Assembly: GCA_002245135.1 (NCBI GenBank) | Contig: NGBS01000293.1 | Span: 186,001 to 250,000 of the forward strand | Length of the DNA: 64,000 nt | Origin: Proteromonas lacertae | Taxonomy: Eukaryota | Reading direction: 5' to 3' | Part shown: positions 1 to 15,000 of the stretch, one piece after another | Layout of the letters: each line of letters begins with the position of its first letter | How positions within the stretch are numbered: the stretch's first letter is position 1 | Position numbers and translations under genes: made by a program | Notes under the pieces: generated by a model | What the model was told of the DNA's origin: nothing | Seen by the model: only the letters and a program-made list of their open reading frames with translations | The model's database searches: none

Positions 1-3000
1 AAAAGAAAAAGAAGAAAAACTGAACAAGTTAAATGAATTAGAAGAAGATCGAGATAAATTATTAGAAGAAATCATAGAAAAGAGTGGAAGTGAAGATATA
101 GATAAATTGAAAAAGATGTTAAATGAATTGAAAGGATTAAAGAATGAAAATACTGAAGATGATGCTAAATTAGACAAAAGTGCAGAATTGAAGAATAAAT
201 ATGAAAATGATATAAAAGAGTATAAAGAAATCCTAGAAAATGTAGAATTAAAGCCAATAGAAGAAATGGATAAAGATTTAAAAGAAATGGAAGAAAAGAT
301 ATTAGAAAATAATGTTGATAATAAAGAATTGAAAGAATTACGAGATGAACTAGATAATTTAAAGAATGAGTTGAAAGAGAAGAGTGGAGTTGAAGATATT
401 TGTGAAGTGACTAAGAAATTGAAAGATATAAAGAATAAAGAGAATGAATTGAAAGAAAGTGAAAATAAGATGAAAGAAAAGACAGAATTGAAAGATGAGA
501 TACAAAAATTAAAAGCAAAAGATAATAAAGAAAATCCTGAAGAAGTAGATGAAGTTGTAAATGACGAAGAAATGAATGAACTTAAATCCAAGCGAGATTC
601 ATTAGTAAAAGATTATGAAAACAAAAAATTATTAGAAAATGAAATATCAAAGTTAGAAAGAATACTAATAAACCCAACACTGAAAGAACTTGTTGATGAA
701 AGAGATAAAGATTTAGAAGAAATAATCGAAGAAATGGATAGTTTAGACATTCCTAATTTACGAAAATCAATAAATGATTATTTAAGTCAACCAAAATCTG
801 AAGATTATTCTCCATCTGAAGAAAATTATGATGAATTAGAAAAATTAGAAAAAGAATTAAAATTACTAGAAGAAGTGATGTTAAATCCTAATATATCTGA
901 TTCGATCAAGACTTTAGAAAAACGAATAAATGATGTAAAGAAACATGTAGATGAGTTAGAAAAAGATCAAGTAGATGATGATGATTTTAATCGAATAATG
1001 AATTTACATGATAAATTATTAGAACAATTACATGATGAATGGGGTTTAAATGATTATGAGAAAGTGATGAAATTAATACCTGAATTAATGGAATTAGAAT
1101 CAAAAGTGAATGAATTAGAGAACAGTAATCAGACAACCGAAGATAAGAATCATTTAGAACGTGAGATCGAAGAATTGGAGAAATGTGTAAATAATGCCAA
1201 TATTGAAGATGGAATCAAACGATTAGAAGAATTAGTTAATGGTAAAGAATATGAAAAAAGTCGTTTAGAGAACTTAGAGAAAGATAAGAATGATTTATTA
1301 AGTAAACTGAAAGACAGATTAAATGGTGATGAAAATGAACTAGAGAAAGTGAAAGATTTGATAAAAGAGTTATTAGAAAGTGGAACATACGTATCTAATG
1401 AAAATGAAATCTACTCAATCGATATAATAAGTAATGAAAGTAAATTGATAGAAAAAGATGATGAAATGAAAGAATTGAAAGAAGAGATAAGATTATTAAA
1501 CGAATTGAAAGATAGTGAAAATGTTGAAGAACATATGAAAGAATTAAAGAATGAATTAAAAGAAAAAGAAGAAAAACTGAACAAGTTAAATGAATTAGAA
1601 GAAGATCGAGATAAATTATTAGAAGAAATCATAGAAAAGAGTGGAAGTGAAGATATAGATAAATTGAAAAAGATGTTAAATGAATTGAAAGGATTAAAGA
1701 ATGAAAATACTGAAGATGATGCTAAATTAGACAAAAGTGCAGAATTGAAGAATAAATATGAAAATGATATAAAAGAGTATAAAGAAATCCTAGAAAATGT
1801 AGAATTAAAGCCAATAGAAGAAATGGATAAAGATTTAAAAGAAATGGAAGAAAAGATATTAGAAAATAATGTTGATAATAAAGAATTGAAAGAATTACGA
1901 GATGAACTAGATAATTTAAAGAATGAGTTGAAAGAGAAGAGTGGAGTTGAAGATATTTGTGAAGTGACTAAGAAATTGAAAGATATAAAGAATAAAGAGA
2001 ATGAATTGAAAGAAAGTGAAAATAAGATGAAAGAAAAGACAGAATTGAAAGAAGAGATTAATAAACTAGAAGAAATATTAAAGAATCCTGAAATAGAGAA
2101 AGTAAAAGAAGATGAAAATGATGAAATAGATAAATTATTAGATGAGTTAAGAAAGAGACGAGATGATTTACGAGAAGGAATATTTGAAAAGATAAAAGGC
2201 AAATGGAATTTGAATATGATGATAGTATGATAAATGAAGAAGAAGATAAGAAAGAAATGTTAAGATGAAATAGATAAATTAAGATAAGATATAAGAGAAG
2301 TTAGTGAATAAAGATAGTAAAGAAGATCATCTAGATTCAAATAGTCTTCCAGAATTGAAAGCCAAATTATCAGAATTATTAAAAGAATACAAAGAGAGAT
2401 TCGATAAAGAATATGAAGATGAAATAAGTGAAGAAGAAAAGTTATTGAAAGAAAAGACTCGAGAAAAGACAATTCTATTAGATGAAATAAATCAACTAGA
2501 AGATAATTTGAACAAACCCGAAGAAGAAAGATACAAAGACAATATAGATGAAGAAATTAAAGAATTGAAAGAGAAAAGAGATGAATTATTGAAAGATTAT
2601 AAAGACAAATTTGGAAATGATTTTGTTTATTCAGCTGAGATAATCAGTGATGAAAGTGAGAATAAAGAAGAAGAAAAAGTCGAAGATGTAAAAGATATAA
2701 AAGAAAAGAATGATGATAAAGAAAATAAAGAAAGTGAAAAGAAAAAGCTGATGAAAGAAATCGAGATATTAGAAGATTGTTTAAGAAAAGATAATTTAGA
2801 TGAAAATCTAAAAGAATTAGAAGATGAAATGAAAGAAGAGAAAGAAAAATTGAAAGAAATGAAAGAAGAAGATGAAAAATTAAAAGAAGAAAATGAAATT
2901 GAATTAAATGAGTTAAAAGAAAAACGAAATGAACTATTAAATGAATTAAAAATGAAGAATGGAAGTGAAGATATAAAAAAGTTAGAAGAACTATTGAATG

Positions 3001-6000
3001 AATTAGATAAAGTGAGAAATGAAGAAGATGATATGAAGAGTAAAGAAGATGAAAATATGAAAATGTCAAAATGCAAAGAAGAAGAAAAGAGTAAATTGAA
3101 AGAAGAAATGGATAAACTGGAAGAGTTATTAAATAATCCATTATTAGAAAGACGAGAAGATATGGAAAACAAAATAGAAGAATTGAAAGAAGAACTGGAA
3201 TTGAATGAAGTAAAAAGTTTAGAAGAATTAGAAAGTCGATTAAAAGATATATTATCGATAATATCCAATGAAAAAGAAGAAAATGAAATCGATACTGAAA
3301 ATATCTATATTTGTGATTTACTTGGACTGAACAGTATAATGAGAGTAGATGAAGAATATGTAAGTAAAGAAGAAGAAAAAGAAAGTGATAATTTAAGACT
3401 AGAGAATGAGAATGAAAATTTAAAGTATAACTACAATGAAGCATTAAACAAAATCAAAAAGTTGAATGACAGAATTGAAGAATTGGAATTAGAAAATTCC
3501 AATAAGAATGATAATAAAGATGATTTAGAAAAGAATTATGACGAGATAAAGAATGAGAATGATAATTTGAATGAATCATTGAAAGCTAAAGAAAGTGAAT
3601 ATATGAAAGAGAATCTTGAATTAGAAAGTAAGTTGAAAGAAGTGGAAGATAAATTATGTGAGAATGAATCTGAATTGAAAGAGAAAGAAGATAAGATCGA
3701 AGAATTGGAAAATGAGAATGCGAAATTAAAAGAGAAGAATGAATTGGGAGAAGAAATCCAGAGATTATTAAATGATATATTAGAGAAAGATAAGAATGAT
3801 GAAGAGATGAATGAGTTAAAAGAAAATCGAGAAAAATGTTTAGAAGAGTTATATAATAAATATCCAAGTGCTGATGTAGATAAATTGAAGAGAATGATAA
3901 ATGAGTTAAAAGAAAATGATAATAAATTAGAAGAAATGAATGAAGATAATGATGATAATAAAGTGAAATTAATGAATGAGATAAAACTGTTAAAAGATTG
4001 TTTAAATAATGAAAAACTGAATGTAGATGATATAGTTGAAGATTTAGAAAATCTTAATAAAGAAAGTGAAGATGACGAGTTGAAAGAATTGAAAGAAGAA
4101 AAGAATGAATTATTGAAAGAGTTAAAAGATAATCTAAATCCAGAGATATTTGAGAATATGATAATTGGAAGAGAAAGTAAAATGATGAATAAAGAAGATG
4201 AAAAGAAAGAACTACAAAAAGAAATAGATAAATTGAAAGAAATATTAGAAAATGAAGAATTAATGAAAGACGAAGAAATAATAAATGCTGAAGAAAAGTT
4301 AGAAGACAATGATGAAATAGATAAAGATGATGAAATATGCAAATTAGAAGAAGAAAAGAGAGATTTATTAAATGTAATTGAAAAAGACTTAAAACCTGAA
4401 AATAAGAAAAAATATGAAGAAATGATGAAAGAATTAAAAGAGTTAAAGAAAGAAAATGAAAAGATGAAAGAAAGTCAACTATCTGCCGAAGAAAGTAAAG
4501 TATATAAAGAGAAGTTATTAGAAGAGATAGAAAAACTAGAAAATAACTTGAAAGAGAATATAAGTGATGAAAAATTGAAAGAAGCTGAAGCTGAATTAGA
4601 AAAGAGTCGTGAAGAAAATGAAAAATTGAAAGAAGAAGAAGACAAAGAATTAAAAGAATTAGAGAATCGTCGAAATGAATTATTAGATAATTTAATAAAT
4701 GAATTAAGTGATTATCGAACAAAACGAACCGAAGATCCAAATTATTTGAATGATGAAAATCTAGCAAACAAAGAAGAAATGTTAAAAGAAATCTCAAAAC
4801 TTGAAAAAACATTGAAAGAACGAGATAATGAAAATGTCAAATTACTGGAAGAGATGAAAGCGAAAGAATCTAAATATGAAAGTGAATTAAAAGAATTGAT
4901 GAATAAACGAGATGAATTAAAGAATGAATTAAAGAATGAATTGAGTAATGAGAATGTTTATTCAATCGATCTAATAAGTGGTGAAAGTTTGAAAATGGAA
5001 GAGAATGATATTGATGAAATGACTAAATTGAAAGAAGAAATGGAAATATTAGAAGCTTATAAGAATGAGATAAAATTAAAAGAAGACAAAGGATATGATG
5101 ATGAAAGTAGTTTAGAAGAATTAGAAGAAAAGAAAGAAAAACTATTGAAAGATATTAAAGAAGAGAAAGGATTGGAAGATATAAATGAATTGAAAGATAG
5201 AATAGAAAAGATGAAAGAGAATCGAGAAGAAAAGAATAGATTGAGAGATGAGATTGAAAAACTAGAAGAAATCTTAAATAATCCAGAATTAGAAAGTGAA
5301 TTATGTAAAAACGAAAAAGTAAAAGATAGTGAAAGTGGAGATAATAAATCTGATGAAGATGAAGATTTGAAAGAATTGAAAGAGAAAAGAGATGAATTAT
5401 TGAAAGATTATAAAGACAAATTTGGAAATGATTTTGTTTATTCAGCTGAGATAATCAGTGATGAAAGTGAGAATAAAGAAGAAGAAAAAGTCGAAGATGT
5501 AAAAGATATAAAAGAAAAGAATGATGATAAAGAAAATAAAGAAAGTGAAAAGAAAAAAGCTGATGAAAGAAATCGAGATATTAGAAGATTGTTTAAGAAA
5601 AGATAATTTAGATGAAAATCTAAAAGAATTAGAAGATGAAATGAAAGAAGAGAAAGAAAAATTGAAAGAAATGAAAGAAGAAGATGAAAAATTAAAAGAA
5701 GAAAATGAAATTGAATTAAATGAGTTAAAAGAAAAACGAAATGAACTATTAAATGAATTAAAAATGAAGAATGGAAGTGAAGATATAAAAAAGTTAGAAG
5801 AACTATTGAATGAATTAGATAAAGTGAGAAATGAAGAAGATGATATGAAGAGTAAAGAAGATGAAAATATGAAAATGTCAAAATGCAAAGAAGAAGAAAA
5901 GAGTAAATTGAAAGAAGAAATGGATAAACTGGAAGAGTTATTAAATAATCCATTATTAGAAAGTGAATTATTGAAGAAAGCCCAAGTTGATATTGATGAA

Positions 6001-9000
6001 TCAGGTATAGAAGATGACGAATTAAAAGAATTAGAGAATAAACGAAATGAAATATTAAATGAGATAAAAGAGAAGAGTGGTGAAGAAGATATTGAAAAGT
6101 TAGAAAGTTTATTAAAAGAATTGGAAGACAAGAAAAATGAGAATGCTGATGTTAAAGAAAGATTATTAAAAGAGAAAGAAGAAAAAGTTGAAGAAAATGA
6201 GAAACTGAAGAATGGTTTAAAATCTGAAATTTGCAAATTAGAAGATTTATTAAAAGATTTAGATGGTAAAAATAAAGATGAAATCTTGAATGAACTTAAA
6301 ATCTTAGAAAATGATTCAATAGAAAATCGTCTAAAAATGGATAAAGAAGAAGAAGAACGAGAAAAAGAGATTAATGAATTGAAGAAAGAAAAAGAAGATT
6401 TAATGACCCAATTAAGTGAATTAAATGAAAATCGTGAAAATGAATTAAATGAAATGAAAGAAGAAATTTATGAAATCGAAATAATCGGAAATGAAAGTAA
6501 AATGAATGATGATGAAGAAATGAAATTATCAATGTTAAAAGATATAGAAGATTTAGAGAGATTAATAAAAGAAAAAGAAGAAGAATTAAGTAAACTGAAA
6601 GAGTTAAATGAAAACAAGTTATTAGAAGATGTTAATAAAGTTGAAGAAGAATTAGAAGAAGAGAATAATAAATTAAAAGAAAAAGAAGAAAAACTGAACA
6701 AGTTAAATGAATTAGAAGAAGATCGAGATAAATTATTAGAAGAAATCATAGAAAAGAGTGGAAGTGAAGATATAGATAAATTGAAAAAGATGTTAAATGA
6801 ATTGAAAGGATTAAAGAATGAAAATACTGAAGATGATGCTAAATTAGACAAAAGTGCAGAATTGAAGAATAAATATGAAAATGATATAAAAGAGTATAAA
6901 GAAATCCTAGAAAATGTAGAATTAAAGCCAATAGAAGAAATGGATAAAGATTTAAAAGAAATGGAAGAAAAGATATTAGAAAATAATGTTGATAATAAAG
7001 AATTGAAAGAATTACGAGATGAACTAGATAATTTAAAGAATGAGTTGAAAGAGAAGAGTGGAGTTGAAGATATTTGTGAAGTGACTAAGAAATTGAAAGA
7101 TATAAAGAATAAAGAGAATGAATTGAAAGAAAGTGAAAATAAGATGAAAGAAAAGACAGAATTGAAAGATGAGATACAAAAATTAAAAGCAAAAGATAAT
7201 AAAGAAAATCCTGAAGAAGTAGATGAAGTTGTAAATGACGAAGAAATGAATGAACTTAAATCCAAGCGAGATTCATTAGTAAAAGATTATGAAAACAAAA
7301 AATTATTAGAAAATGAAATATCAAAGTTAGAAAGAATACTAATAAACCCAACACTGAAAGAACTTGTTGATGAAAGAGATAAAGATTTAGAAGAAATAAT
7401 CGAAGAAATGGATAGTTTAGACATTCCTAATTTACGAAAATCAATAAATGATTATTTAAGTCAACCAAAATCTGAAGATTATTCTCCATCTGAAGAAAAT
7501 TATGATGAATTAGAAAAATTAGAAAAAGAATTAAAATTACTAGAAGAAGTGATGTTAAATCCTAATATATCTGATTCGATCAAGACTTTAGAAAAACGAA
7601 TAAATGATGTAAAGAAACATGTAGATGAGTTAGAAAAAGATCAAGTAGATGATGATGATTTTAATCGAATAATGAATTTACATGATAAATTATTAGAACA
7701 ATTACATGATGAATGGGGTTTAAATGATTATGAGAAAGTGATGAAATTAATACCTGAATTAATGGAATTAGAATCAAAAGTGAATGAATTAGAGAACAGT
7801 AATCAGACAACCGAAGATAAGAATCATTTAGAACGTGAGATCGAAGAATTGGAGAAATGTGTAAATAATGCCAATATTGAAGATGGAATCAAACGATTAG
7901 AAGAATTAGTTAATGGTAAAGAATATGAAAAAAGTCGTTTAGAGAACTTAGAGAAAGATAAGAATGATTTATTAAGTAAACTGAAAGACAGATTAAATGG
8001 TGATGAAAATGAACTAGAGAAAGTGAAAGATTTGATAAAAGAGTTATTAGAAAGTGGAACATACGTATCTAATGAAAATGAAATCTACTCAATCGATATA
8101 ATAAGTAATGAAAGTAAATTGATAGAAAAAGATGATGAAATGAAAGAATTGAAAGAAGAGATAAGATTATTAAACGAATTGAAAGATAGTGAAAATGTTG
8201 AAGAACATATGAAAGAATTAAAGAATGAATTAAAAGAAAAAGAAGAAAAACTGAACAAGTTAAATGAATTAGAAGAAGATCGAGATAAATTATTAGAAGA
8301 AATCATAGAAAAGAGTGGAAGTGAAGATATAGATAAATTGAAAAAGATGTTAAATGAATTGAAAGGATTAAAGAATGAAAATACTGAAGATGATGCTAAA
8401 TTAGACAAAAGTGCAGAATTGAAGAATAAATATGAAAATGATATAAAAGAGTATAAAGAAATCCTAGAAAATGTAGAATTAAAGCCAATAGAAGAAATGG
8501 ATAAAGATTTAAAAGAAATGGAAGAAAAGATATTAGAAAATAATGTTGATAATAAAGAATTGAAAGAATTACGAGATGAACTAGATAATTTAAAGAATGA
8601 GTTGAAAGAGAAGAGTGGAGTTGAAGATATTTGTGAAGTGACTAAGAAATTGAAAGATATAAAGAATAAAGAGAATGAATTGAAAGAAAGTGAAAATAAG
8701 ATGAAAGAAAAGACAGAATTGAAAGAAGAGATTAATAAACTAGAAGAAATATTAAAGAATCCTGAAATAGAGAAAGTAAAAGAAGATGAAAATGATGAAA
8801 TAGATAAATTATTAGATGAGTTAAGAAAGAGACGAGATGATTTACGAGAAGAATATTTGAAAGATAAAGGCAAAGAATTTGAATATGATGATAGTATGAT
8901 AAATGAAGAAGAAGATAAGAAAGAAATGTTAAATGAAATAGATAAATTAAAGAAGTTAGTGAATAAAGATAGTAAAGAAGATCATCTAGATTCAAATAGT

Positions 9001-12000
9001 CTTCCAGAATTGAAAGCCAAATTATCAGAATTATTAAAAGAATACAAAGAGAGATTCGATAAAGAATATGAAGATGAAATAAGTGAAGAAGAAAAGTTAT
9101 TGAAAGAAAAGACTCGAGAAAAGACAATTCTATTAGATGAAATAAATCAACTAGAAGATAATTTGAACAAACCCGAAGAAGAAAGATACAAAGACAATAT
9201 AGATGAAGAAATTAAAGAATTGAAAGAGAAAAGAGATGAATTATTGAAAGATTATAAAGACAAATTTGGAAATGATTTTGTTTATTCAGCTGAGATAATC
9301 AGTGATGAAAGTGAGAATAAAGAAGAAGAAAAAGTCGAAGATGTAAAAGATATAAAAGAAAAGAATGATGATAAAGAAAATAAAGAAAGTGAAAAGAAAA
9401 AGCTGATGAAAGAAATCGAGATATTAGAAGATTGTTTAAGAAAAGATAATTTAGATGAAAATCTAAAAGAATTAGAAGATGAAATGAAAGAAGAGAAAGA
9501 AAAATTGAAAGAAATGAAAGAAGAAGATGAAAAATTAAAAGAAGAAAATGAAATTGAATTAAATGAGTTAAAAGAAAAACGAAATGAACTATTAAATGAA
9601 TTAAAAATGAAGAATGGAAGTGAAGATATAAAAAAGTTAGAAGAACTATTGAATGAATTAGATAAAGTGAGAAATGAAGAAGATGATATGAAGAGTAAAG
9701 AAGATGAAAATATGAAAATGTCAAAATGCAAAGAAGAAGAAAAGAGTAAATTGAAAGAAGAAATGGATAAACTGGAAGAGTTATTAAATAATCCATTATT
9801 AGAAAGACGAGAAGATATGGAAAACAAAATAGAAGAATTGAAAGAAGAACTGGAATTGAATGAAGTAAAAAGTTTAGAAGAATTAGAAAGTCGATTAAAA
9901 GATATATTATCGATAATATCCAATGAAAAAGAAGAAAATGAAATCGATACTGAAAATATCTATATTTGTGATTTACTTGGACTGAACAGTATAATGAGAG
10001 TAGATGAAGAATATGTAAGTAAAGAAGAAGAAAAAGAAAGTGATAATTTAAGACTAGAGAATGAGAATGAAAATTTAAAGTATAACTACAATGAAGCATT
10101 AAACAAAATCAAAAAGTTGAATGACAGAATTGAAGAATTGGAATTAGAAAATTCCAATAAGAATGATAATAAAGATGATTTAGAAAAGAATTATGACGAG
10201 ATAAAGAATGAGAATGATAATTTGAATGAATCATTGAAAGCTAAAGAAAGTGAATATATGAAAGAGAATCTTGAATTAGAAAGTAAGTTGAAAGAAGTGG
10301 AAGATAAATTATGTGAGAATGAATCTGAATTGAAAGAGAAAGAAGATAAGATCGAAGAATTGGAAAATGAGAATGCGAAATTAAAAGAGAAGAATGAATT
10401 GGGAGAAGAAATCCAGAGATTATTAAATGATATATTAGAGAAAGATAAGAATGATGAAGAGATGAATGAGTTAAAAGAAAATCGAGAAAAATGTTTAGAA
10501 GAGTTATATAATAAATATCCAAGTGCTGATGTAGATAAATTGAAGAGAATGATAAATGAGTTAAAAGAAAATGATAATAAATTAGAAGAAATGAATGAAG
10601 ATAATGATGATAATAAAGTGAAATTAATGAATGAGATAAAACTGTTAAAAGATTGTTTAAATAATGAAAAACTGAATGTAGATGATATAGTTGAAGATTT
10701 AGAAAATCTTAATAAAGAAAGTGAAGATGACGAGTTGAAAGAATTGAAAGAAGAAAAGAATGAATTATTGAAAGAGTTAAAAGATAATCTAAATCCAGAG
10801 ATATTTGAGAATATGATAATTGGAAGAGAAAGTAAAATGATGAATAAAGAAGATGAAAAGAAAGAACTACAAAAAGAAATAGATAAATTGAAAGAAATAT
10901 TAGAAAATGAAGAATTAATGAAAGACGAAGAAATAATAAATGCTGAAGAAAAGTTAGAAGACAATGATGAAATAGATAAAGATGATGAAATATGCAAATT
11001 AGAAGAAGAAAAGAGAGATTTATTAAATGTAATTGAAAAAGACTTAAAACCTGAAAATAAGAAAAATATGAAGAAATGATGAAAGAATTAAAAGAGTTAA
11101 AGAAAGAAAATGAAAAGATGAAAGAAAGTCAACTATCTGCCGAAGAAAGTAAAGTATATAAAGAGAAGTTATTAGAAGAGATAGAAAAACTAGAAAATAA
11201 CTTGAAAGAGAATATAAGTGATGAAAATTGAAAGAAGCTGAAGCTGAATTAGAAAAGAGTCGTGAAGAAAATGAAAAATTGAAAGAAGAAGAAGACAAAG
11301 AATTAAAAGAATTAGAGAATCGTCGAAATGAATTATTAGATAATTTAATAAATGAATTAAGTGATTATCGAACAAAACGAACCGAAGATCCAAATTATTT
11401 GAATGATGAAAATCTAGCAAACAAAGAAGAAATGTTAAAAGAAATCTCAAAACTTGAAAAAACATTGAAAGAACGAGATAATGAAAATGTCAAATTACTG
11501 GAAGAGATGAAAGCGAAAGAATCTAAATATGAAAGTGAATTAAAAGAATTGATGAATAAACGAGATGAATTAAAGAATGAATTAAAGAATGAATTGAGTA
11601 ATGAGAATGTTTATTCAATCGATCTAATAAGTGGTGAAAGTTTGAAAATGGAAGAGAATGATATTGATGAAATGACTAAATTGAAAGAAGAAATGGAAAT
11701 ATTAGAAGCTTATAAGAATGAGATAAAATTAAAAGAAGACAAAGGATATGATGATGAAAGTAGTTTAGAAGAATTAGAAGAAAAGAAAGAAAAACTATTG
11801 AAAGATATTAAAGAAGAGAAAGGATTGGAAGATATAAATGAATTGAAAGATAGAATAGAAAAGATGAAAGAGAATCGAGAAGAAAAGAATAGATTGAGAG
11901 ATGAGATTGAAAAACTAGAAGAAATCTTAAATAATCCAGAATTAGAAAGTGAATTATGTAAAAACGAAAAAGTAAAAGATAGTGAAAGTGGAGATAATAA

Positions 12001-15000
12001 ATCTGATGAAGATGAAGATTTGAAAGAATTGAAAGAGAAAAGAGATGAATTATTGAAAGATTATAAAGACAAATTTGGAAATGATTTTGTTTATTCAGCT
12101 GAGATAATCAGTGATGAAAGTGAGAATAAAGAAGAAGAAAAAGTCGAAGATGTAAAAGATATAAAAGAAAAGAATGATGATAAAGAAAATAAAGAAAGTG
12201 AAAAGAAAAAGCTGATGAAAGAAATCGAGATATTAGAAGATTGTTTAAGAAAAGATAATTTAGATGAAAATCTAAAAGAATTAGAAGATGAAATGAAAGA
12301 AGAGAAAGAAAAATTGAAAGAAATGAAAGAAGAAGATGAAAAATTAAAAGAAGAAAATGAAATTGAATTAAATGAGTTAAAAGAAAAACGAAATGAACTA
12401 TTAAATGAATTAAAAATGAAGAATGGAAGTGAAGATATAAAAAAGTTAGAAGAACTATTGAATGAATTAGATAAAGTGAGAAATGAAGAAGATGATATGA
12501 AGAGTAAAGAAGATGAAAATATGAAAATGTCAAAATGCAAAGAAGAAGAAAAGAGTAAATTGAAAGAAGAAATGGATAAACTGGAAGAGTTATTAAATAA
12601 TCCATTATTAGAAAGTGAATTATTGAAGAAAGCCCAAGTTGATATTGATGAATCAGGTATAGAAGATGACGAATTAAAAGAATTAGAGAATAAACGAAAT
12701 GAAATATTAAATGAGATAAAAGAGAAGAGTGGTGAAGAAGATATTGAAAAGTTAGAAAGTTTATTAAAAGAATTGGAAGACAAGAAAAATGAGAATGCTG
12801 ATGTTAAAGAAAGATTATTAAAAGAGAAAGAAGAAAAAGTTGAAGAAAATGAGAAACTGAAGAATGGTTTAAAATCTGAAATTTGCAAATTAGAAGATTT
12901 ATTAAAAGATTTAGATGGTAAAAATAAAGATGAAATCTTGAATGAACTTAAAATCTTAGAAAATGATTCAATAGAAAATCGTCTAAAAATGGATAAAGAA
13001 GAAGAAGAACGAGAAAAAGAGATTAATGAATTGAAGAAAGAAAAAGAAGATTTAATGACCCAATTAAGTGAATTAAATGAAAATCGTGAAAATGAATTAA
13101 ATGAAATGAAAGAAGAAATTTATGAAATCGAAATAATCGGAAATGAAAGTAAAATGAATGATGATGAAGAAATGAAATTATCAATGTTAAAAGATATAGA
13201 AGATTTAGAGAGATTAATAAAAGAAAAAGAAGAAGAATTAAGTAAACTGAAAGAGTTAAATGAAAACAAGTTATTAGAAGATGTTAATAAAGTTGAAGAA
13301 GAATTAGAAGAAGAGAATAATAAATTAAAAGAAAAGAAGAAAAACTGAACAAGTTAAATGAATTAGAAGAAGATCGAGATAAATTATTAGAAGAAATCAT
13401 AGAAAAGAGTGGAAGTGAAGATATAGATAAATTGAAAAAGATGTTAAATGAATTGAAAGGATTAAAGAATGAAAATACTGAAGATGATGCTAAATTAGAC
13501 AAAAGTGCAGAATTGAAGAATAAATATGAAAATGATATAAAAGAGTATAAAGAAATCCTAGAAAATGTAGAATTAAAGCCAATAGAAGAAATGGATAAAG
13601 ATTTAAAAGAAATGGAAGAAAAGATATTAGAAAATAATGTTGATAATAAAGAATTGAAAGAATTACGAGATGAACTAGATAATTTAAAGAATGAGTTGAA
13701 AGAGAAGAGTGGAGTTGAAGATATTTGTGAAGTGACTAAGAAATTGAAAGATATAAAGAATAAAGAGAATGAATTGAAAGAAAGTGAAAATAAGATGAAA
13801 GAAAAGACAGAATTGAAAGATGAGATACAAAAATTAAAAGCAAAAGATAATAAAGAAAATCCTGAAGAAGTAGATGAAGTTGTAAATGACGAAGAAATGA
13901 ATGAACTTAAATCCAAGCGAGATTCATTAGTAAAAGATTATGAAAACAAAAAATTATTAGAAAATGAAATATCAAAGTTAGAAAGAATACTAATAAACCC
14001 AACACTGAAAGAACTTGTTGATGAAAGAGATAAAGATTTAGAAGAAATAATCGAAGAAATGGATAGTTTAGACATTCCTAATTTACGAAAATCAATAAAT
14101 GATTATTTAAGTCAACCAAAATCTGAAGATTATTCTCCATCTGAAGAAAATTATGATGAATTAGAAAAATTAGAAAAAGAATTAAAATTACTAGAAGAAG
14201 TGATGTTAAATCCTAATATATCTGATTCGATCAAGACTTTAGAAAAACGAATAAATGATGTAAAGAAACATGTAGATGAGTTAGAAAAAGATCAAGTAGA
14301 TGATGATGATTTTAATCGAATAATGAATTTACATGATAAATTATTAGAACAATTACATGATGAATGGGGTTTAAATGATTATGAGAAAGTGATGAAATTA
14401 ATACCTGAATTAATGGAATTAGAATCAAAAGTGAATGAATTAGAGAACAGTAATCAGACAACCGAAGATAAGAATCATTTAGAACGTGAGATCGAAGAAT
14501 TGGAGAAATGTGTAAATAATGCCAATATTGAAGATGGAATCAAACGATTAGAAGAATTAGTTAATGGTAAAGAATATGAAAAAAGTCGTTTAGAGAACTT
14601 AGAGAAAGATAAGAATGATTTATTAAGTAAACTGAAAGACAGATTAAATGGTGATGAAAATGAACTAGAGAAAGTGAAAGATTTGATAAAAGAGTTATTA
14701 GAAAGTGGAACATACGTATCTAATGAAAATGAAATCTACTCAATCGATATAATAAGTAATGAAAGTAAATTGATAGAAAAAGATGATGAAATGAAAGAAT
14801 TGAAAGAAGAGATAAGATTATTAAACGAATTGAAAGATAGTGAAAATGTTGAAGAACATATGAAAGAATTAAAGAATGAATTAAAAGAAAAAGAAGAAAA
14901 ACTGAACAAGTTAAATGAATTAGAAGAAGATCGAGATAAATTATTAGAAGAAATCATAGAAAAGAGTGGAAGTGAAGATATAGATAAATTGAAAAAGATG

